Origin: Octopus sinensis
Lineage: Eukaryota
Length of the DNA stretch: 64,000 nt
Assembly (NCBI RefSeq): GCF_006345805.1
Contig: NC_043000.1
Span: 39,618,001 to 39,682,000 of the forward strand
Direction of reading: 5' to 3'
A program made the translations under genes and the position numbers. Under the pieces are notes generated by a model, which had not been told where the DNA came from, made no database searches, and saw only the letters and a program-made list of their open reading frames with translations. Below are positions 12,330 to 23,593 of this stretch, one piece after another (positions within the stretch are counted from its first letter, which is position 1; each line of letters starts with the position of its first letter).

Positions 12330-14100
12330 TTCGGTGTCAGTGGTGGGAGAAACAGAGAGACAAACAGACATACGAAGGGGCAGGGAGAAAGAGATGTGTG
12401 AGAGAGAAAGCTATATAGTAAAGAGAGAGAAAGACAGACAGAGAGAAATAGAGGGAGATATAAAGAGAGTAGAAAGGGGGTATATATAAGATTTCCATAA
12501 AAAGTAAATAATGAGGTAAGGGAGACAGTGGGAGGGATTTAGTGATAGAATATGATATAATGAGGTGGAGAAAGAGAATGAAACACAGGTTTAGAAAAAG
12601 AGGGAGAGTGCGACACGGGAGGGAAAGCAAAAGAAGTAGAGAGATATGATGTATGAGGCGGTAAAGAGGGAAGGAGAGATGCAAATAGTGAGAGAGGGGG
12701 AGAAGGAAGCAGAGATGATGTATGAGATATATGTTTTGTGATGGAGGGAGAGTATGAGTTGAGAGAGAACAAGGGGTGAGGGAGGTGGAGTTAAATAATA
12801 ACATATGAAGAAGTGTCAGATAGAGAGAGAGGGGGTAGAGAAGGACAGCGAATGATGTGTGTGTGTGTGTGTGATAAGAGAGGGAGTCTATCATGTATTA
12901 GAGAAAGGAAGATGGGTGGGGTGATGTATTGATACAGAATGAGGAAGGAGAGAGAAAATTTTCTAAGTGTCCTTCATTTTTATATGAAAGACAAAACCAA
13001 ACTTTAACATACTTGGCTGTTATTTCTAGCATCACATTACATCCCCAATTGGGCAATATTTCTCCAGAAGATCCTTAAAGCGACCTTCATGAAAACAATG
13101 TAAAGTATAGTGTGGTGGGCTGTTATTTCTAGCAAGATACCAGGCCACCAATACGTTTTCTAGACGCTTCTTCACTTAGTTTCTCATTTAAATTGCCTTT
13201 CAATTTTGTATGAAAACCGACGTAACTTTGTACTGGGCGGTTATTTCTAGCATGATGGCAAACCATGTATAGGACGATTCTTTGAATAAATGCTTCTTAG
13301 ATTGTCCGTAAATGCCTCGACTATTTAATTTCCTCAGTTATGGACTACACAGTAATTATGTAATTAATCATTAATTAAATAATTAGCTTCTAGTAAAATA
13401 ATTAGCGAGAGAGAAATTTTAAGACAAATCTAAAAATATAATTTATTTGTAACGTTTCTTAGTAACGTTTCTTAGAAATAAAAGGAGAGGAAGAGGGAAA
13501 GGGTAAGATATAAGGAGGTGGGGGAGATAGATAGATAGAGAGAAAGGGTGAGAGAGAGAGAAAAGAAGAAAAAGAGAGATAGGGAAGTCTAGGGAAGGGG
13601 AGGTATACAGTAATATATGGGGTGATGAGAAAGAAAGAAAGAGAGAGAGAAAATGTAGTGAAGGGAATGTATATGTTAATGTACGAGGTAACAGAGAAAG
13701 AAAGAGTGCGTCTGTGTGTGTGCATGAGAGAGAGAAAGAGAAAGAGAAATCCTAGGGAAGGGAGGGGTGTATTAATGTATGAGGTTGCAGAGAGAGAGAG
13801 AGAGAGAGAGAGGAAGAAAATGAGAGAGCAGGAGAAGAATAAGACAGGTGGAGTGATATAGCAATATATATAGTAAGGGAGAGAGAGAAGAGAGAAACAG
13901 AGAGATAAGGGGGGAGAGAGAAGAGGGAAAGAGAGAGATAAGGAGAAAGAGAGAAAGGGAGAGAGAGAGATTGAACGAAGATGCTATGAGTGTTTCGTAG
14001 GGTACAGAGAAGTAGGTGGGGGATTAAGACAGAAAGCAAGCGAAGGGAAAGGATAAATAATGAGGTGTGAGAGGGACGTGAGGAGAAAAAGACAGAGAAT
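12330..14100. repeat. GA-rich low-complexity tracts (12330-12900, 13470-14100) flanking three ggctgttatttctagca-type motifs (~13010-13255)
   Basis: Composition and repeated 17-mer seen directly. Confidence 0.8.
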
Positions 14101-14841
14101 CAGAGAGATTCTAACTTTGAAAGGATAAGAACAATAACTCTTATTGTATCCCTATTTGCTTTAAATTTTATTATTTTCTTTTGTGTTTAATATCTATTTT
14201 ACTGCGCAGAATTTGAAGATTTCCAAATATGATTTAATAATAGATCGAAGTGTTTATAACACAATATCAATAAATATCGAACATTTTCCAACATAGCTGA
14301 TTCCTTTTCGTTTGACATCTAAAACTTTCGCTTTTTTAATATTGCTATTCTTACTCGCCTTTTTAATATTGCGATTCTTACTCGCCTTTTTAATATTGCG
14401 ATTTTTCATTCCTCCCTTCAAGCGTCACACTCCCCCTATTGTGACTGCAGCTGCTAAAAATAACAGCCAAATTTCGCATACGAAATGAAACCTCTTCATT
14501 ATTTTTTAATTGCTAAAAAATTGATTCAAGTTGAGGAAAAAGTTCGTGCGATGTGTTTGGTCTTTATTTTGAAGAATAGTTGCTGCTTTTGAATAAATTC
14601 TTGCATAAAAAAATCATTATTTTAACACGACACACAAACATTTCCCTCAATCTAATGGTTTCTATTTTCCAATTGGCATTTGGTCAGATAACTGCAGAGA
14701 TAAGCCATTGATTGTCCACTACAAAGAGAATCGAGCAAGAATATGCAATGAAAGAGCAATTTAGTGCAGCCGTTCACTGGTTGTCGTCCTATTTTAAGCT
14801 GCAAAAATGTGAAAGTAAACTTCGAGAACGAAAGGGATCAG

Positions 14842-14851
14842 ACCGGAAGTG
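14842..14851 (+). promoter_or_regulatory. ETS-type motif ACCGGAAGTG in a locally CpG-enriched stretch (candidate promoter/first exon ~14800-15100)
   Basis: Exact consensus 10-mer amid a local CpG excess; no transcript evidence available. Confidence 0.35.
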
Positions 14852-15104
14852 ATGAGAATAGAACAGGAAACAATTGAATCAAACGGAGAAAAATTCAGCT
14901 CATAGTGACGACGCCTCTACAACCGAAACATCTCGACACACTGTTTTTACTCATCGTAGGCCGCTCTACCTTGAAGTGTCTCATGGATGTGTGACGGAGC
15001 TGTGGCGGGGAAACAACTACGAGAACAGAAACCGACGGAAACTGACGCATCTCGACAATTATGAAGGAGTTGAGTGTGGAGATATTAAATGCTTTTTGGT
15101 ATTG

Positions 15105-15480
15105 CTACAGATGTGTGACACCCGAATTTCTTTTCTCAGAGCTTCCAGAAAATGGATATTTTAAATTACATTTTCTAAATCTATGCTTCTGATGGTATAG
15201 ATTGCGATTATATCGGAATATATGATGAAAACATTTTTCCTACTTTTGGGTGAGGAGTTTTGGAAAATTCACAGAAGGCGTCTGGCGTTTTTCATAACTT
15301 TCAGAAAAATGGTAAATTTTTAATGGAATTTTTAATAAATGCCTTTCAGAGTGTGTCGATTACAATTATATCGGAAATGAATATGAGAAAATAAATTTGA
15401 TTGATTAGTGCACATACATGATACAACAGGTCACATATCGACAAAAAGAAACTTCAAACGGCGAAGAAAATTGTGATGTG

Positions 15481-15571
<91 letters not shown>

Positions 15572-15890
15572 ATGCTCATTATTTTTCTTTTCACATCAAA
15601 TTCCAATATAATCGCATTTTACACACTCAGAAACGTATTTGCAGAAAATTACATTAGAAAATAACCCATTTTTGCTAAAGTTCTGAGCAAACAGACAATT
15701 CGTGTGAATTTTACGAAACTCTTCTTTCCGCCCCCAGACAAATTTGTTTCACTACAAATTCCGATATAATCAGAATGATCACCATCTGAAGCGTATTTAC
15801 AGAAAATTTAATTAAATAATGTCCCTTTGGCGGGGAGTTATGTGGAAACAATTTCGGTGCGTCGAACACATCTGTGAGAATGTCTGCCAT
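15105..15890. repeat. Diverged inverted repeat (~15105-15400 / ~15580-15890) centred on (GT)n 15487-15570
   Basis: acagatgtgt, gcttc[t/a]gatggt, gattatatcggaat and aaaattcaca occur in the same order on opposite strands. Confidence 0.75.
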
Positions 15891-16735
15891 CCCAGCACGG
15901 GTCTTCTGCTGGAAATCGGTGTTCCAGTTGGAAAGCTTCTCAGTTGTCCTCTTCTGCATCTGTGCGTGTCGGTGGGACATTACTGTCAAATCCAAGCACC
16001 ATCTGAGTCGTCTCTTTTCCTCACTAACATCTCTCTCTCTCACTCCCTCTCTCTCACTTTCTCTCTCTCTCTCTTTCTCTTTTCCCTCTTTCTTTCTTTC
16101 TGTGAACAACCTGTGATGCATGTAAACCCCACATTTTAAAACCTAATATGCATTCAGTGAAAGTATCACAACCATTCGAGTAGCTTAACTTATATTTTAA
16201 AGGTTTGCTTCCGTCTTCTCCATATAACTCTACTGACCATTCCCCAATGATCTCCAGACTCGATCAAATCTCCTGATATCATTTTCATGATAGAATTGTT
16301 TTACAGTTAACAGTGCAAATGGAAATTAGGAATGGAACCTGTTCTCAGTCATTCTGACATACAAAGGCTCAAGTGAATGTAAAATTTACAGAAATCAATT
16401 AGGTATTTTTATTTTCTACTCACCCACTTGCCACCAATTGCTTCCTAACTGCCGTACCACTTTCGGGAGATCCTTTTCCTCCAGTTCTTTAGTATCTGAA
16501 ATAAATATCTCCATGTTATATATTTTATAGTGAAATTCCTTAATATTTATTAATAATCTATATTTTATTATCGTAAGATATTCGTATCATCAATGGCGAA
16601 ATGGGGACCACAACTGTTTTGCCCAACATTTTTAATCGTATTACAATGGTACAAAAAATAGCTCAAACTTCAGGTCTACCACAGAATAGACTAAACTTCC
16701 TAAATCTCATTTTTGTTATCAAAGCATCCTACATA

Positions 16736-17500
16736 TGAAAATCGGCTGAAAAGTTCATAGACTGACAAAGATACTCTCACGGAATGTAAGCAAATGAGAG
16801 GGTATTTTCAATACAATCAACCTTGTGGTCCACGCACTTCTTCCATTGGTATTTCAGTTCTTCAATCCCATTGGTAAACACGATTCCATCCTGTTGCTTC
16901 AAAACGTCATCAGCAGCAAATATGATGTCATCGTCACTGCGATGACGATTCCCGACCGAGTATTTTTGAGAATCCAGTACTCATCCTGCTATAGGAATGG
17001 CTCAAGGAAACCAGCTGGAACTGCCTCACACAATGTCGAATTTAGTGTGATGTGACCAGCCGGGTGTGCTTTTGAACATGTGTCAGAAATGTTACTAAGC
17101 ATAAACTATCGTCATGTCAAGTTCATTGTGCAGAATATTTTTCAACCTCTCACAGAAAATGCTAATAGCATTGGCTATTTGATTTATAGTCGATCGCTTG
17201 TCATCCATCACCATGCAGTGAATATGTTAAATGTTTTCGTCGGTGGTGGACATTGCAGGACGTCCAGAAATCGGGTGCTCTCCAAGGCCCTCCTAAATTC
17301 AGCTGCCAACGTTTGCACAGTTGATAAAGGTGGAGTGTCATCACCTAATATAGCAACGATGTCAACACGAATGCTCTTGGGGCTAAACCCTTTCTGCAGA
17401 TACTTGATAACAACACGATACCACGTTTTCTCCATTCTCGAAAGAAGTCGTTACTAGTCACACTTCAAGTCTTTGTACATTCAGATATCAGTTTACGTGG
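16736..17500 (-). mobile_element. Mariner, internally deleted non-autonomous copy
   Basis: MEKTWYRVVIKYLQK..LGDDTPPLSTVQ..AAEFRR N-terminus is joined near 16950 to C-terminal GNRHRSDDD..QWKKCVDH. TIR-like ctgaaaagttcatagactgac at ~16745. Confidence 0.85.
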
Positions 17501-18039
17501 AATAAAATAATGCAGTTATTAATAAGAAGTGTTGAACTTAATGCTTGCGAGATTTCACATCCCTAGCGTCACTCGTTCGTAGTCGCCCTATGATCATTTC
17601 AGCACACCCTCATAACCTAATAGTGTTGCAATTATCCAATCTAATTATCACTTGATAACAATATTTTTCTCTTAGATTTGTCTTAATTCTTTTTTACATT
17701 TGTACCAAATGTATGGCATAACATTGTACTCTCATTCTCTAGACCTCAATAACCAACATTCCTTTCACCTGCTTAATTCCAATGTAACAAAGATCTTGTC
17801 ACAAACACATGGTGCATGATATCAAGGCTAAACATACACCTATTCTCTTTGTTAAAGGTGGTTGCTGGTAAACTTTGATTCTAACTGCCCACATCCCGGT
17901 TCGCAAGAATGCCATGTGATTCAGGTAATATTTGAAGACATTTGAATGTAGTGATATCAGGTGTTTTAAAACACTTTACATTTGCATAAAACCACTTCAT
18001 TAACTACATATAACTGTTCATCCATACATTATTGCAAAG

Positions 18040-18440
18040 GAAAAGTATCTGAAATGGTACACAAGAATTGATGCTCAGGAATATATAAGCAAGAAGGAGA
18101 TCAAACTGGACGCAGCAAATCACGTATTTTCCCAGAGGTCGTAACTTATCTATCGCTTATAACCCATCTTCTGTTTCTGCCATGATCCAAATAGTGTACC
18201 ATCGTCCTAAACTTTTAACAAGTTTCGCCGCTTTAACTTTCGGCTTGGTTTCTCCTGCTAGTTTGAACGTCACTTTCTTCTGCTGACCTTTATCAAACGA
18301 AAGACTGCATTAATTATTTGCCTTAAAACACATTCTTGACCAAGTAATTAGTCCATCCTGTCTATCCAGGATGATTTGTATATCATTAGTATTGTTATAT
18401 CTTCCATTAATGCCTTCTTCGGGGATTTTACTCGAGCCAT
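18040..18440 (-). mobile_element. HERO/NeSL-like (R2-group) LINE RT C-terminal fragment
   Basis: KALMEDITIL (AFMDD-like), ITWSRMCFK, VKSLGRWY, GKYVICCVQF in broken frames. Confidence 0.6.
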
Positions 18441-18574
18441 TTCTTCTGATATATAAAAGTAAGAAAAACATAATTCAGCTGTTTACACTTAAACTCTTAA
18501 GCTAAGATACTCTCTCGTTATTTTGATCGCTTCATTCATTCACTCATAGATCTAACATGTTTTATTACTAATAT

Positions 18575-18864
18575 GTGGACGTGCATTGGCTCAGTGGTTA
18601 GGGCAGCAGGCTCCCGGTCGTGGGATCGCGGTTTCGATTCCCAGACCGGGCGTTGTGAATGTTTATTGAGCGAAAACACCCAGAGGCTCTGTCAGGGGGT
18701 TGTTGTGAACCATGCTACATTCTTTCACCACAACTTTCTCACTCTTTCTTCCTGTTTCTGTTGTACCTGTATTTTAAAGGGCCAGCCTTGTCACATTCTG
18801 TGTCATGCTCAATCTCCCCGAGAACTACATTATGGGTACACGTGTCTGTGGAGTGCTCAGCCAC
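18575..18864 (+). mobile_element. tRNA-derived SINE, 3' end missing
   Basis: A box tggctcagtggttagg and B box ggtttcgattccc, followed by non-tRNA body; joins directly to an RTE at ~18865. Confidence 0.8.
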
Positions 18865-20020
18865 ATGAACGTTATCGCGACAGTGTGGCACATCATACGA
18901 GATGACCTTCCACCTGGCATCGAGATCTCGTACAGAATGGACGGCAAGCTTTTCAACCTCGCTCGCCTCAAAAGTACGTCAAAGACAATGGCGCGAAGCT
19001 TGCTAGAGTTCCAATATGCCGACGACAACAGTGTAGTAGCTTACAGAGAGGATCTCCTCCAACAGATCCTAAATGCTTTTCATCATGCATATACTAAACT
19101 TGGACTGAGCATTAACATCAAGAAGACTCACTTACTCTACCAACCTCCTTCCAATGCCCGTGTTGACAACCCGCCATCGATTCAACTCGAAGGAATTCCA
19201 CTGGAAAATGTGAACCATTTCTGCTACCTTGGGAGCCATCTGTCAGCAAAGGTTGACCTCAGCGATGAAATCCAATACCGTCTGAAGTGTGCAGGAACAG
19301 CTTTCGGCAAGCTTCGAACAAGAGTTTTTGCTGATCGGGACATCCGAACCGAAACCAAACTCATGGTGTACAGGGCAGTCATTATTCCAACCCTCCTTTA
19401 CGCATCCGAAACCTGGATCCCATATAGTCACCACCTGAAAACGCTTGAGAAATTTCACCAACACTGTCTTCGGAAGATCCTTAACATCAGCTGGGAAGAG
19501 AGAGGAACAAACGTCAGCGTGCTACAAGAAACAAAAATGACCAGCATCGAAGCCTATGTCATCAAAGACCAACTAAGATGGAGCGGCCACGTGGTTAGAA
19601 TGACAGACGAACGACTTCCCAAACAGATCTTCTACTCCCAACTCAAAGACGGCAAGCGTACAAAAGGAGGCCAGAAGAAACGCTACAAGGACTCCCTGAA
19701 AACGAACCTCAAAAAGTGTGACATCGACTTCACTAACTGGGAGGAAACGGCAAAACGCAGACCACTCTGGAAAACCACCATCCATGAGGGAACGGCGACT
19801 TTCGAGTCGAAAAGGTCTGCAGAGCTGGAGGAGAAAAGATGACGAAGGAAGGAGCCCCAACAACAACCACGTGCGACTCTCCCTTCCGGCACAAGATGTC
19901 CGCACTGCGACCGATCTTTTCAAGCAAATATTGGTCTTATCGGTCACCTACGGACTCACCAGTAAATTTGCGCGAAGACCATCATCCTCGACCTTGAGGG
20001 ATTGCCGTCATCATCATCAC
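18865..20020 (+). mobile_element. RTE-1/BovB-like LINE, 5'-truncated, young (one in-frame stop at 19840)
   Basis: YRMDGKLFNL.RLK, EFQYADD, YLGS, YRAVIIPTLLY.SETW, LRWSGHVVRM. Read-through of the TGA gives C-terminal CPHCDRSF..GLIGHLRTH* (stop 19963-19965), then a (CAT)n tail. Confidence 0.93.
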
Positions 20021-20089
20021 AATATCTACACTGCTGACTATTGTGTTTGTTTGTAAAGTAAGTAAGGCCATTTGTTTTGTTGTGGCTTC

Positions 20090-20966
20090 GAATGCTCTTG
20101 CACTATCTACTGCTTCTATCAACTGGAGAGCGTCCTTACCTATGAGGGATTTCTGGACTTCTTTATGAGCACACCCCTATATAAGTTGATCAACAATCCT
20201 TTCGTCCTTGCCTTTAAATCTGCATTTCTTGGCAACATTCTTTAGTCTGGACAGGAAGTTGTCAATCGTTTTTTGTGGGTCTTGTTTCAGGCCCTGGAAT
20301 TCATACCTATTAATTCTATGGTTTGATCTGGGCTCTAGCTGCCTTTCAAATTCCTCTAAAAGTGTGTCTGGATTATTGCAATACGATTCTGATATGTCCC
20401 AACTATTGAATAGGTCTAGGCCCTTCTCTCCCGTCCATAAAATGATGTAGCTTACCTTTTCATCGGCGGTTGTACCTTAAAGGAAGCTTTTGAAAGCCAG
20501 TTGAGTTTTCTGTTCGAATTTCTTGAACGCTTCCACGATATCATCGGCGTTCCAATTCATGGTCGGATGTAGATTCATCTGTACAGTGATGAGGGCTGCC
20601 ATTTCAGATCCTCGTGTGTGTTTCCGAAGACGAAGTGATATTCAGTTTGTTAAATTTCATGTTTGTTGTGTTCCTGTTTTGTTGTAAAGGCACGGTTTTC
20701 GATTAAGTATTTATCGCTGCCACTATGCTATGTATTCTTTTGGTTCGTGTTGGGATAATAAACAACTCACTGAAAGCGTTATTATGATTCTACATGTTTA
20801 TTTACTTGGCATGTTTACAAACTGTATTTGTATAGCGGAGTGATACATACTGTGCGTATCCGCCTTAGACACTGTTTACTAGATGCGCTTTACAAAATAG
20901 TCCTCATAGTGGGGATGTATTCATACATACGTATACCTATGTATACACATAGATATGAATGTAACA
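20090..20966 (-). mobile_element. Ty3/Gypsy 5' remnant: LTR (20966-20726), tRNA-Leu-like PBS (20725-20714), gag N-terminus (20602-20090)
   Basis: TGTTAC..CA LTR with AATAAA. PBS tagtggcagcga resembles TGGTGGCAGCGG. Gag reads MNWNADDIVEAFKKF..LWTGEKGLDLFNSW..LEPRSNHRINRYEFQGLKQ with two stops. Confidence 0.83.
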
Positions 20967-21000
<34 letters not shown>

Positions 21001-21038
21001 CAAAGTGGAGTTGTAAGGTACCGCACGAATGGAATTAT

Positions 21039-22787
21039 ATACGAAAGAAGGTTTGAAAATGCAATTGTAAAAGATGTTAGTATCCTCCAAAATGTAAGAT
21101 ACACAGTTTTTATATTGCTCAGTATTCATAATAACGACCGTACTACCCTTATCTGCTTCCTTTATTGTGACGTCATGATTGTCTCGTAGCATATGATGTT
21201 TTCCCATTCTCTTTTACTGGTGTTGGGTTTGGGTTTAGGTTGTGGGAGTTCACCATAAGGAAGTATTTCCCTCAGGTTATGGTATTGCTGAGTTGGGGTG
21301 AATTTTAGTCCTTTTGAAAGGATTTTATTTGGTTTTTCGGGGTTGGTATCTAACATCTGGTGTCGTGGAAACTTATGCCCTTGCCAAAAAATGATTCCTG
21401 GGGGTTCTTCTATCTGCGGTGTGTGTTGTTCTTTCCCCTGGGACCAATCAAAAACAGCCCACACACACAAACACATGTATACATATATACACACACACAA
21501 AGACACACACACTCACAGAATTCTGACCTCCATACAGACACACATGTACACACACATGCACACACACAGCACCATGACAAATGCCAATCACGCAAATACA
21601 CACACACACACACAACACCAAGACAATCACACACACGGTTGACACACGGGCACACATATACACACACCATCCTACCAAATAAAAAAAACACACATCTATT
21701 TACACCACAATAGACCCTGGAACCAATCAAAAACAGCCCCCCGCACGCACACAAACACATGTATACATATATACACACACACACTCACAGAATTCTGACC
21801 TCCATACAGACACACATATACACACGCATGCACACACACAGCACCATGACAAATGCTAATCACGCACATACATACACACACACACACACAACACCAAGAC
21901 AATCAAACACACGTTTGACAAACAGGGCACACATATACACACACCATCCTACCAGATATTACAAACACACAGACACATCTATTCACACCACATATGTATA
22001 TACACACGCACAAAGACACACGCACTCGCACCATTCTGACCTCTAAAGACTAATACCCCCAAATCATTGATGCGTGAAGGAGAGACAAAAAGAAGAAACT
22101 CTTTTCAGTTCCACATTACCCTTCCTTCCCCCCACCCAAACACACCTACAGAGGCCCTTGAAATAGTAAATAGTCTTTTACGATAACATGGTGGACCAGG
22201 TCAGTTTGAGCTTCCCTACTACTATAATGTAAACTTTTTTGAACTCATAATATTCTGTGCGTGTATACCAATATTCCACTGAACTTTTTAATAATTCCTT
22301 CTGGAAACTATCTTTAACATTTTCTTGAGAATGTATATTTATGCTGTAATCTTTTGTGCCCAATATTTTAAAGAACTTGTTAAACTTTTTTATGTTCTTA
22401 ACATGTTCTTGTTACCAAAGAATGTATATATGTATAGTCATATTTTGTGATAACCAATATTCTGTGCGTGTACAGATACAATACCAATATTCCACTGAAC
22501 TTTTTAATAATTCCTTCTGGAAACTATCTTTAACATTTTCTTGAGAAAGTATATTTATGCTGTAATCTTTTGTGCCCAATCTTTTAAAGAACTTGTTAAA
22601 CTTTTGATGTCCTTAACATGTTCTTGTTACCAAAGACTGTATATATGTATTGTAGCATTTTGTGACAACCAAAAATTAACACAACCAAACTTTTACATGT
22701 TACTTTTGACAATCTTTTTCTAAAGAGTGAAACCGGTAAAGTAAAATAACATCTTTTACAATTGCATTTTCAAACCTTCTTTCGTAT
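21039..22787. mobile_element. Penelope-like composite: RT N-terminal fragment (minus, ~21400-21080), 2x ~280-bp CA-rich repeats, 2x ~207-bp repeats, hammerhead-like motif, 41-bp perfect terminal inverted repeats
   Basis: LSKGLKFTPT and TIKEADKGSTVVIM are PLE RT motifs. 21039-21079 is the exact reverse complement of 22747-22787. Confidence 0.72.
22700..22744 (+). ncRNA. Minimal type-I hammerhead ribozyme motif, U3-A8 variant, stem II imperfect
   Basis: Stem I ttactt/aagtaa; core TTGACAA; stem II tcttt/aaaga plus 2 unpaired nt; GAAAC-CG-GTA. Confidence 0.5.
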
Positions 22788-22788
22788 T

Positions 22789-22844
<56 letters not shown>

Positions 22845-22863
22845 GAGAGAGAGAGAGGAGAGG

Positions 22864-22895
<32 letters not shown>

Positions 22896-23593
22896 CTTCA
22901 AAGTAATTCCATAAAACCCCTTTGTGTTTAGGGAATAAACTTTGGATTACTTCTGAACATGTGCATTTAACTGCAATTTATTTAACCTTATAGAGTTGAT
23001 AAGATAAGTATTATAAAGAATCCTATATGGGCAAACATCTATCTATGCTGCACACATAAAATAAATTCAAAATCCGGAAGAAATAATTTATATTATAAAT
23101 ATCACAGAGGTAAGTCATCTGAAAGTGGTGCTCAGCACGGCAACAGTCAAAGGACTGAAATAAATGAAAGAATAAAGATGAAGCGATATGAAATATAGGG
23201 CCGGAAAGCTGCTATCAACAACTATTGTATTTGTTTTCATGTATAAATAAATCCAGACTCACTGACTGGTAATTTTCTATTTCATATAGATGGAATTTGG
23301 ACAGTAAACCATGTAACTCTAAAACTTACAAATCAAAAGCAGTGTACTGTTACATAAGGGAGATAATTAGTCTTTACTGCTTGAAATATTACAGGACTGG
23401 ATATACGCATGTGCATTGAACGTGCTTCCTACGTGATATTGATATCAAGTTAAATGTCCTGAATTCCTCTTAATCAGCTGATAATAATACATTTATTATA
23501 CTTAAAATACGTTCTACCACACACACACACACACACACACACACGTATATATATAGCAACACCATCCTTTATGAAACATAAGTATTAACCAAT

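Noticed and set aside
9751-14039. F/L/S-rich or R/E/K-rich ORFs (9751-10400, 12337-12894, 13459-14039)
   Set aside because: GA-rich low-complexity DNA; no motifs or splice structure.
14331-14405. 27-bp tandem repeat (~2.5 copies)
   Set aside because: Contiguous with no spacers and no cas genes; a minisatellite, not CRISPR.
18575-18650. tRNA-like sequence with A and B boxes
   Set aside because: No full cloverleaf or terminator, and it continues into a SINE body; called SINE, not tRNA.
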